From: Fidelibacterota bacterium
GTDB taxonomy: Bacteria; Fidelibacterota; Marinisomatia; Marinisomatales; TCS55
DNA: 16,776 nucleotides
NCBI GenBank assembly: GCA_046861385.1
Contig: JBHHTW010000040.1
Coordinates: 1-16,776, forward strand
Reading direction: 5' to 3'
In this document: positions 8,945 to 16,776 of the stretch, piece by piece
How positions within the stretch are numbered: position 1 is the stretch's first letter
Layout of the letters: each line of letters begins with the position of its first letter
Made by a program: the position numbers and the translations under genes
Notes under the pieces: generated by a model
The model's database searches: none
What the model saw: only the letters and a program-made list of their open reading frames with translations
Told to the model about the DNA's origin: nothing

Positions 8945-8960
8945 TGTGATATTAATCACA
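8945..8960. promoter_or_regulatory. CRP-type (cAMP receptor protein) binding site
   Basis: TGTGAT-ATTA-ATCACA: 10/10 match to TGTGA-N6-TCACA with 6-bp palindromic arms. It is intergenic and abuts the adenylate cyclase stop codon. Confidence 0.78.
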
Positions 8961-11546
8961 CTATTTTGCTGTTAATCTCCATATACCATCCCAATCTTTT
9001 CCCGGTGGATTTTCCTTAAAATGCTTACATCGGAACACATACACTTTACTGGGAGTCGTTGGGCGGGTTGGAAACTCGTCTTCTAACTTAGCGGATGCTT
9101 CAAATTTACTCAACGCATCATTCCAATTTTGGTTATTATAAAGTTCAAGACCACTATGAAATAATGCCAACATTTCGCTTGTATTATCATCTAATTGCCC
9201 TTTTTCAGCTAGTAGTTCATATACATGTACCGGTAATTTTTTACCCTTAACGGTTACATAATCTAATAATCGCCACTCGAACTGATCTTTTACTTTTTCA
9301 TACGTATTTTCAGCTGCCTGGATATACACACCATATTGTTTTGAAGAAGATTCCAGCCTCGAAGCCAAGTTTACAGTGTCACCCATCATGGTATAATTCA
9401 TACGCATTTCAGACCCCATATTACCCGTGACCATTGGCCCTGAGTTTAATCCAACTCTATGGCGTAAATTATGTACTAAATCCGGCATCTCGGGGTCGTG
9501 GGTCCATTTTTCTCTTAATTCTGCAATTCTCTTTTCCATTTCTAATGCTGTTTTGCAAGCTAAATACTCATGGTTTTCTACAGGAACTGGTGCGCCATAA
9601 AACGCAACTATCATATCCCCAATATATTTATCTAATGTTCCTTGATTATTAAGTAAAATATTTGTCATCTCTGTCAAATAATCGTTCATAAGCCGAACCA
9701 TAATTTCCGGTTCCATCACTTCTGAAAATGATGAAAAATTCTGGATATCAGAAAAGAATGCTGAATGATAGCCTGCATCCCCGCCCAATTTAGGTTCTTG
9801 CTTTTCTTCGTACATTTGATCGATGAGTTCCGGGGAAATATATGCACCGAATGTACTCTTTAAAAACCGTTTATCTTTTTGCTCATTAAGAAAGCGATAT
9901 AAAACATTACTGACATAGGTAATCATAATCCCCACAATGGGTGCCACCATAGGTAATACATAACTTTCACCTATACCAGGTAAGCCAATTTTAAACCAAC
10001 CACCATTAGGAAACAATTGCCCTAAGGATATTTTAACCATCCACCAATTATCATTCATGAATGCGCCGCAAACGACACCAAAATATACGACTCCTTCGAA
10101 AAAAACCAGTGCAGCGGCAATGATTGGATTCACAAAATCCAATAGGAAAAATGCAATGACAGCTAGTAACGCAATTAAAAGAATATGTTCCCAAGGCAAC
10201 CCGTGGTTTGTTAGGTCTGTAACCGCCCCTCCCAATGTTTTAATAAAATTCCTATGTAATATCGTTTGCATCGCGTTGGCATGTGTTTCCATCCCTGGTG
10301 TCAGTTGTTGAATACCCATATAATTATAAAAAGGGGTTGATTTCACATCATGGATGACTTCTACCGCAACACCGATGATAACAATTTTATTATAAAATGG
10401 AGTTTGGGTTATATCAAAATCACTCCCCATTCCCAAGGCTTCCATGGTGGCCTTCCTATCGTCAGGATCTTCAATTTCCATAATCCATTCCGGAAGTTCA
10501 CCCGGAAGAAATTGCGACATCCAATCAACATCTTCCATTGGGTCTTTTAAATCAATATCTTCCGTATCGATTACGTGAGCTACTGAAAATCGAGGAAAAG
10601 TACCCCAGGGTGGCAGGTTTTCCGCTGTTTGTACCCTATATCCGGAAGCCGGACCGTAATAATTTACCAAGAACGTATTACTTCTGCCATAAGCATCAAA
10701 AGAATAGGGACCAAATGACCAAATTCTATTCTTTTGGTCATATCGTATGATGGCGGTATCCGGTATACCAGTAAATGCTTTAATGGCTTTTATACCTAAT
10801 GTCAAATATGCTTTATTTGGTTCATGCGCCATGTATCCTGCGATGGCATAACGCCTGGAAAATCCATCATCATCCATTTGATCATTTATTAACCCTGTTT
10901 CCGGATGAGCTGTCATCACATCTTTATTTGGGTACGAAATGTACTGTGGAGGCTGTCGATTTGGTTCTGTGACCATTTTTACGTTGATGACTATCTCGGT
11001 TCCATGTGCTTTCGCTTCTGCTATGGATTCAGCTAGCATTTTATCACCATGCTTGGGAACCAGATAAGGTAATGCTTCCTTTATGTTACCAGCCAAAACC
11101 GTATCTTCATGCTGTGGAATTAGACGACTGATGTTCTCTTCATTTAACTCATCAATAAAATTGTGAAGGTTTTCTGATTTTGTTTCATTTGAATCAAACT
11201 GGATATCGAAGGCGATCACCTTCGCTCCTGCCTGGTAAAGATTTTGGATGACTCGAGCCCAAATAGTTCCCCGAGGGTAAGGCCATTCTTCGGGCATCAA
11301 TCGCCATGCCTCATCATCGACTTCCAATAAGACTATATCTGTTCCAATGCTGGAAAATGAGGAATCTCTTGCTGTCCAACCTGTTAATGGACCGCGAATG
11401 CGGTTAACACGAAAATCATATGTTTTCATTTCCATTATGTCAAATACGCCAATCCAATGAAACAAACATATTAAAGCGATGGAAAATATGGTCAGTGCAA
11501 AGCCGATCCATTTTTTATTAATATATTTTAGTAATTTTTCCATCAT
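8961..11546 (-). CDS. Membrane-bound CHASE2-domain class III adenylate cyclase
   Basis: N-terminal TM. CHASE2 motifs DIVLLEVDD, WPYPR, GAKVIAFDIQF, DDDGFSRR, KIVIIG, PGMETHANAMQTIL. Three further TMs. Catalytic motifs FSDIQNFS, TLDKYIGDMIVAFYGAP, GNMGS..RMNYTMMGDTVNLASRLE, VKGK. C-terminal TPR-like tail ending WDGIWRLTAK. Confidence 0.96.
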   Translation of the reverse strand: MMEKLLKYINKKWIGFALTIFSIALICLFHWIGVFDIMEMKTYDFRVNRIRGPLTGWTARDSSFSSIGTDIVLLEVDDEAWRLMPEEWPYPRGTIWARVIQNLYQAGAKVIAFDIQFDSNETKSENLHNFIDELNEENISRLIPQHEDTVLAGNIKEALPYLVPKHGDKMLAESIAEAKAHGTEIVINVKMVTEPNRQPPQYISYPNKDVMTAHPETGLINDQMDDDGFSRRYAIAGYMAHEPNKAYLTLGIKAIKAFTGIPDTAIIRYDQKNRIWSFGPYSFDAYGRSNTFLVNYYGPASGYRVQTAENLPPWGTFPRFSVAHVIDTEDIDLKDPMEDVDWMSQFLPGELPEWIMEIEDPDDRKATMEALGMGSDFDITQTPFYNKIVIIGVAVEVIHDVKSTPFYNYMGIQQLTPGMETHANAMQTILHRNFIKTLGGAVTDLTNHGLPWEHILLIALLAVIAFFLLDFVNPIIAAALVFFEGVVYFGVVCGAFMNDNWWMVKISLGQLFPNGGWFKIGLPGIGESYVLPMVAPIVGIMITYVSNVLYRFLNEQKDKRFLKSTFGAYISPELIDQMYEEKQEPKLGGDAGYHSAFFSDIQNFSSFSEVMEPEIMVRLMNDYLTEMTNILLNNQGTLDKYIGDMIVAFYGAPVPVENHEYLACKTALEMEKRIAELREKWTHDPEMPDLVHNLRHRVGLNSGPMVTGNMGSEMRMNYTMMGDTVNLASRLESSSKQYGVYIQAAENTYEKVKDQFEWRLLDYVTVKGKKLPVHVYELLAEKGQLDDNTSEMLALFHSGLELYNNQNWNDALSKFEASAKLEDEFPTRPTTPSKVYVFRCKHFKENPPGKDWDGIWRLTAK

Positions 11547-11548
11547 AA

Positions 11549-14260
11549 TTAGAAATTATACCTAAAAGAAAATAAGACACCTGAAGTATTGATTGCAGTT
11601 TCTTCTTTTGTACTTCGTATTTGAATATTTCCTGTTAATAAGGCATTCATCCCAGCCATAATATTGTATTCAACTCCAGAGTTAATCCCGTACATCTTTA
11701 TTGGGGTTGTTCCTGTATTTGTTAAATATGATAATCCACCAGTGATTTTCAAGCGATTATTCCATATAGAATAACTCCCCTTTGTATTGATGGTCGTCCA
11801 AGCCAATTCATTGAAATAAATTAAACCACTCTCATTTTGGATGGGTACCTGAATTATTGTCCGGCTGACATTAAACACCGTTCGCAACGGTATTCCGTAT
11901 TTTGTAGACAAGGCTGTTGAAACTGTTTTGGAGTCAGATTTTTGGAAAAAGAATCCTTTTTTTCGTTCACCTGCTAAGAGGTCTTTATTGGTTAAACTAT
12001 TTAGATTTATATTCAGATTATGCTTTAGATGACCGGTGGAAATAGGGTAAGTAATCGAGAAAAATGTATTATTTGATTTCGTATCCTCTCTAAAGTCCAC
12101 TAATTCATCAGCAACCAGCTCAAATTCTTCCTTGCTGTTATTTTTTCCAATCGATTGAAAATTGACAACATAAGATGGCGAATCCGGACCGGGCATTAAT
12201 GTAATTCCAAAAGATATGCTGCTTGTAATCAGCGGATCTTTAACAGTGGAAAGAATTTTGTTATCCTGAAACTTATACATGGCATTAAACATTAGTTTAT
12301 TATTCAATAATGACAACCGGTTTGATAAAGTAAATTCACGAATATTATTTGTTAAATATGGATTTGCCAGAGATACAAATTCAGGTCCTACTTGCCGATA
12401 TTGAATTGTGAATTTGTTATACCTATAATTTCCAGATAATCGAAGATGAAATGCGGAAGATGGCATGTTGATTATAGTTGAAATCGGATTTTTGCCGAAG
12501 GAGACCGGATCAATAGGAAGTAATGGAATCATATTAATATTAATAATAAATAAATTTTTATATGCCACGGGATCGAATATGGAACTTGTATCAATCAACA
12601 TAGACCCTTCGCTCACGATACCGTTATCGTCATAGGTTGTGGCAATCAAACCGTCTAATGTATCATCCAAAGCTGTGTCAAGTTGTGTTCTTGTCATAAC
12701 ACCGTCCCAAATATCTCTGTTAAATAAACTCATATTCCAGCTCAAGTCAAATTTCAACCTATCTTTATCCAAAACCCGACCAACATCAAAACCCAATACA
12801 ATATTGTCTTGAGGTTTAGATCCATTCCAATTATTTGTTGGGAAAACGACCGTACCATTTTCACGGTCGACTGCATCCAAAAAATCATTGTATGAATAGG
12901 TACCTGGAGGAATGTTATATAGACTGTCGTTATAAGTCACATCTGTGCTGTCAACAAAAAAATTTCCTTTTGAGATATATTGATTTACTGAATTTACATC
13001 ATCAGTTACCTTCATAATATGGGATCCAAATTGAATATTATAAAGATCAATAGAAAATCTGGTTAATGATATGTTTCTTTCAAAAGTATAGCCACGTCGA
13101 TCTAATGTAAATACAGGCCTGGTTAGTGAATCAATGGTTGTCTCATTACCCAATAGGGAATAACCGCCATCAATTTTATTTAAATGTTGAACAGGTCTAT
13201 TTAATTGACCGCGAATAACTTGGATCTGAAAAAATTTCAGGTCCAAATCGACACTAATTCCGCGTACCCTTCTCCCATCGAGTGTATACGCGCTGATTGA
13301 CTGATAAAAATCACCAAAATTCACATCGAGATATTTCATGAAATTCACATTAAATGTGGAACGATTTAATGGCTGTAAATATGGATTCTCACGAGTGGTT
13401 TTTCTATAATTAATTTTCAGTTTCGCATATTCAACATTAGCGCTGCCTTTGAAGTTTAATTCTGCAACATTTAATAATTCACCACCCACTAAATCAGAAG
13501 AAATCTTGGAATTCACTTCCCCATCGTAATCTAATTGAGATGGGATAATTGATCCTCTCTTGATCTCAAATGTCCATTCTGTCGGGGTCATTTTATGTCC
13601 ATCTTCAGCTGCAAGTGTTATGGTTACATGTTGAGTGCCTGCTTCTAAATTTATTGGAATAAATGTGATAATCCCCCCGCTAATTTCAGTTTTTTGAGTA
13701 ACATTTTTTCCGTTGAATAATAATTGAATACTGTTAGAATCAAAATTGGGAACATTAAATAAACTTGCCGCAATAATCACATCCTTTTGGTTGACAACGG
13801 AAGAAGGCTCTGGCGAAAGAATTAATACATCTGCACTTATTGGTTCATCAAAGACCGGTTCCTCTAAAGCGCGCAAATTATTAATACTATGAGGTGGTTT
13901 TACTGGAATAAAATATGGATTTTCAAATGGATTACCATCATCCGGTGCTGCCAAAGCAGCGCCGTTTGCCAAATGAATTATAAAACAGTATTCAATTCCT
14001 TTTTGTGACAGGGAATTTCCATCGATATTCATTTGCCAAGTGGAGCCAAATTGAATCAATCGTAGTTCTTGATAACTTATATTTCCCTTAATACGATAAT
14101 ACCCTTTTGCTTCTATAATTTCCGAATCAACTATTGGAAGAACACTCAGTGTTAAATCCTCTCCAACTATGGCTCCAAACGGCTGCTCATGAAATAGTTT
14201 GGCCCCATAGAGAAGGGAAAAAGTAATTAAGGGAATTATTACAATTAGTATCCGTCTCAC
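11549..14260 (-). CDS. Probable outer-membrane beta-barrel protein with two N-terminal Ig-like domains
   Basis: GTG start and signal peptide. Residues from ~243 on show alternating amphipathic strands (VNFGDFYQSISAYTLDGRRVRGISVDL; YRQVGPEFVSLANPYL) and end in a BAM-type signal with terminal Phe (VLFSFRYNF). Only 2 nt separate it from the cyclase start. Confidence 0.8.
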   Translation of the reverse strand: MRRILIVIIPLITFSLLYGAKLFHEQPFGAIVGEDLTLSVLPIVDSEIIEAKGYYRIKGNISYQELRLIQFGSTWQMNIDGNSLSQKGIEYCFIIHLANGAALAAPDDGNPFENPYFIPVKPPHSINNLRALEEPVFDEPISADVLILSPEPSSVVNQKDVIIAASLFNVPNFDSNSIQLLFNGKNVTQKTEISGGIITFIPINLEAGTQHVTITLAAEDGHKMTPTEWTFEIKRGSIIPSQLDYDGEVNSKISSDLVGGELLNVAELNFKGSANVEYAKLKINYRKTTRENPYLQPLNRSTFNVNFMKYLDVNFGDFYQSISAYTLDGRRVRGISVDLDLKFFQIQVIRGQLNRPVQHLNKIDGGYSLLGNETTIDSLTRPVFTLDRRGYTFERNISLTRFSIDLYNIQFGSHIMKVTDDVNSVNQYISKGNFFVDSTDVTYNDSLYNIPPGTYSYNDFLDAVDRENGTVVFPTNNWNGSKPQDNIVLGFDVGRVLDKDRLKFDLSWNMSLFNRDIWDGVMTRTQLDTALDDTLDGLIATTYDDNGIVSEGSMLIDTSSIFDPVAYKNLFIININMIPLLPIDPVSFGKNPISTIINMPSSAFHLRLSGNYRYNKFTIQYRQVGPEFVSLANPYLTNNIREFTLSNRLSLLNNKLMFNAMYKFQDNKILSTVKDPLITSSISFGITLMPGPDSPSYVVNFQSIGKNNSKEEFELVADELVDFREDTKSNNTFFSITYPISTGHLKHNLNINLNSLTNKDLLAGERKKGFFFQKSDSKTVSTALSTKYGIPLRTVFNVSRTIIQVPIQNESGLIYFNELAWTTINTKGSYSIWNNRLKITGGLSYLTNTGTTPIKMYGINSGVEYNIMAGMNALLTGNIQIRSTKEETAINTSGVLFSFRYNF

Positions 14261-14298
14261 TACAAAAGTCCGTGTGAATTTATGAAACGGAGAAACGT

Positions 14299-14982
14299 TT
14301 ATTGAATATCAATTAGAAGCGTTTTTATTTCCCCATTGGGACCTTCCAACTCGATTTCAATTTGCGAACCCGTAGGTGTTTCGACATCAGGATCGTCTGG
14401 TATATTATCAGGATTTGTCTCAGATGTTTCAACGCTTCCATCCAAGGCTGATATTCCTGTCATACCAGAACCTACATCCATAGATTCCCCACTTAATAAA
14501 TTTGTGAGATTAACGAGACCTTCGAGTCCAATCAACATATCTCCAGCATTAGGGTCTGTTATCATCCAAAAGTCAGTCCCTTTTACAGATGCTACAGATG
14601 TTGGGCTCTGAACAATAAAATCACTATTATTTTGTTTACTCACTTGGGCACGTAATGTACCCGAATCCACATTCACTTGTTTAGAAATTGATCCTACGGT
14701 TCGTTCTCCCATAACCATGACTTCTGTTTTTTCTTTTACTTTAATCATAGACTTGTCATCTATATAAATAAAGATTACAAAACCATCTTCACCCGTCTTA
14801 ATTCTGTCTCCATCCGAAAGAATAGTACCGGTTTTTAACCTAGAAAAACCACTTTTCCCAGCAGCTTCAATATTGGCTTTACCGGATACTTTTGTGGTAA
14901 CAGCAACTTTAGAGGAGCTCTGTAGAGGTGTTGCAAGAAGTATGATAATAAAATAACCGAGTATCCGTTTACGAAAAGCCAT
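14299..14982 (-). CDS. Exported FecR-domain protein
   Basis: Signal peptide. FecR motifs LSDGDRIKTGEDG, SMIKVKEKTEV, FIVQSPTSVASVKGTDF, LEGLVNL. Acidic Pro-rich linker and a short beta tail. The ATG overlaps the upstream TAA (TAATG). Confidence 0.9.
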   Translation of the reverse strand: MAFRKRILGYFIIILLATPLQSSSKVAVTTKVSGKANIEAAGKSGFSRLKTGTILSDGDRIKTGEDGFVIFIYIDDKSMIKVKEKTEVMVMGERTVGSISKQVNVDSGTLRAQVSKQNNSDFIVQSPTSVASVKGTDFWMITDPNAGDMLIGLEGLVNLTNLLSGESMDVGSGMTGISALDGSVETSETNPDNIPDDPDVETPTGSQIEIELEGPNGEIKTLLIDIQ

Positions 14983-16172
14983 TATTCTTCCACCGAAATA
15001 TTTGTAATGACAGCATTTTGACTAATGATCCGATTGATCACGGCCATAATTGACGATTGATCAGAGGCATTACCATCTACGGAATAAGAACCAGTTGGTG
15101 TATATCCCTCTAATGAACCACCTGGGCCAAATAATGAACTAAATTGGTCTGACGTAAAAGCCTGGCCAAGTAATTGAATCACCGGATTCACACTCTGGGG
15201 AACTGGAGATGATCCGCCGATATTTCCGATCTTAAAAGCAAATATTGAAGAAATGATTTCTTCATTTCCAGAAGTAGTGGGTAAGATTGCTTTGACTTGC
15301 CATACGTATATTTTATTATTTTCTAACAAGCGAGCATCTGAGACAGGATATTGAAAACTGGTGACATTTCCAATCGATTCCCAATCTTCCGTTTGGTCAA
15401 AGGGCAACATCGTTTCATCCTCCATTGCATCATCTATGGAAGAATGAACACTTGGTTTAAATTCTGATACTCTAATTAACATGTTACATTGTGAACATAC
15501 CTGTGGATACCATGTAAATAACGGAAATGTATTATAAATTTCATTTAGAGACGTATCTGCCAATGCGCCACCTGGGGACTCCAAATTTATATAAGATGGA
15601 GATTCAACTACGATGGTAATTTCTTCAGTATCTGTTAATGACAGGTCATCTTCAGTTTGACCACTATAGATTTGTATTCCAAATGAATATTGTCCATCCG
15701 CCAGTCTTCCAGTGGTAAGGACAGCGCTTAATAACTGATCAAATTGAGATACATCCATTGACTCATTAATCCTGACTGATAATGGAATGGCATTGCCACT
15801 TACATCTAACAGATGGGTTGTATTTGCTGAGAAATCTTGATTGACTAAAAGTATATCTGATGACATTTGAAAAGGTTCAGATTCCACGTCGACGATAGTC
15901 GTTTTAGTATTAAGGTTTAATGCCGGTGACATTAAGGAGGCAGTAAAATTTATTTTACCATAAACAGGATAGGAACTCCCTTTAAGTCTGAACCGAAATA
16001 ACTGAAAATTGGATGCACCTGTTTGGAGATCAAAACTACTGATATAATACGTTGCGTATTCTGTAAAGCCTGGTTCGGGTTCCAGGCTAATTGTTTGAGA
16101 ATAAAGATATTCGTCTGAAAGAGAACCAGATAAAATTATTGAAAAGACTATTATGTAAAAAGTGTTTCGCAT
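14982..16172 (-). CDS. Exported 396-aa hypothetical protein with beta-sandwich domains (FN3/DUF928-like second domain)
   Basis: Long ORF with N-terminal hydrophobic signal and AGGA upstream. Motif INLESPG...PLFTW...TSFQYP...LENNKIYVWQVKA. Translationally coupled to the FecR gene. Confidence 0.8.
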   Translation of the reverse strand: MRNTFYIIVFSIILSGSLSDEYLYSQTISLEPEPGFTEYATYYISSFDLQTGASNFQLFRFRLKGSSYPVYGKINFTASLMSPALNLNTKTTIVDVESEPFQMSSDILLVNQDFSANTTHLLDVSGNAIPLSVRINESMDVSQFDQLLSAVLTTGRLADGQYSFGIQIYSGQTEDDLSLTDTEEITIVVESPSYINLESPGGALADTSLNEIYNTFPLFTWYPQVCSQCNMLIRVSEFKPSVHSSIDDAMEDETMLPFDQTEDWESIGNVTSFQYPVSDARLLENNKIYVWQVKAILPTTSGNEEIISSIFAFKIGNIGGSSPVPQSVNPVIQLLGQAFTSDQFSSLFGPGGSLEGYTPTGSYSVDGNASDQSSIMAVINRIISQNAVITNISVEE

Positions 16173-16242
16173 ATCCTATAAATCAAATTTACCCGAAAAT
16201 ACATGTTTTACCAACCAAATTCATTATAAAATATATATATAG

Positions 16243-16270
16243 AAAAGCCCCGATAAAAATCGAGGCTTTT
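16243..16270 (-). terminator. Rho-independent terminator of the rRNA operon
   Basis: Minus strand AAAAGCCTCGAT-TTTT-ATCGGGGCTTTTCT: stem with one G-U pair followed by a U-tract, starting about 6 nt after the 5S 3' end. Confidence 0.85.
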
Positions 16271-16276
16271 AATGAT

Positions 16277-16394
16277 TCCCGGCAATGTCCTACTCTCCCA
16301 CGCTAGTTTCCCGCGCAGTACCATCGGCGCTTCAGGGCTTAACTGCCGTGTTCGAAATGGGAACGGGTGTTTCCCCTGTGCTATAGTCACCGGA
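16277..16394 (-). rRNA. rrf: 5S ribosomal RNA
   Basis: Minus strand TCCGGTGACTATAGC...CACCCGTTCCCATTTCGAACACGGCAGTTAAG...GCCGATGGTACT...GGGAGAGTAGGACATTGCCGGGA. Conserved 5S motifs, complementary ends, about 118 nt. Confidence 0.97.
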
Positions 16395-16453
16395 AAATTA
16401 TTTGTTAAAAAACTATGGGAAATTGACGGGTTGTTTCTAAGCGATAAAATTTT

Positions 16454-16776
<323 letters not shown>

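Noticed and set aside
8945-8960. The palindrome read as an intrinsic terminator for the cyclase operon
   Set aside because: A 6-bp AT-rich stem with no U-tract directly after it is too weak. It fits a protein-binding site better, and CRP rather than FNR (TTGAT-N4-ATCAA).
14273-14288. TGTGA half-site in the FecR-barrel intergenic gap
   Set aside because: The second half reads GAAAC rather than TCACA, so it is not a credible CRP box.
801-14611. The other 60-114 aa ORFs in the track (e.g. 4377..4721, 10057..10311, 14336..14611)
   Set aside because: All are nested in alternative frames of, or antisense to, long well-supported CDSs and show no recognisable motifs.
16231-16240. (AT)5 run, and a similar TA run near 851-860
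   Set aside because: Too short for a meaningful microsatellite or phase-variation tract in AT-rich DNA.

Overview
AT-rich bacterial window. The protein families and the YPNPFN-type C-terminal sorting domains suggest an FCB-group organism such as Marinisomatota/Marinimicrobia (inference). Every supported gene is on the minus strand. In transcription order: 3' end of 23S rRNA, 5S rRNA and an intrinsic terminator; then a tightly packed four-gene cluster (396-aa exported protein, exported FecR-domain protein, 903-aa probable outer-membrane beta-barrel with N-terminal Ig-like domains, CHASE2 class III adenylate cyclase). Directly after the cyclase stop codon is a perfect CRP-type box (TGTGA-N6-TCACA, 8945-8960), spaced from a -10-like hexamer as in a class II CRP promoter. 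It precedes a cohesin-domain lipoprotein, a 2378-aa multidomain secreted protein and a further secreted protein cut by the window edge that the ORF track missed. Best hypothesis: a trans-envelope sensor signals through cAMP and a CRP-family factor to switch on an adjacent surface-protein operon. All domain calls come from motif recognition by eye, not database searches.
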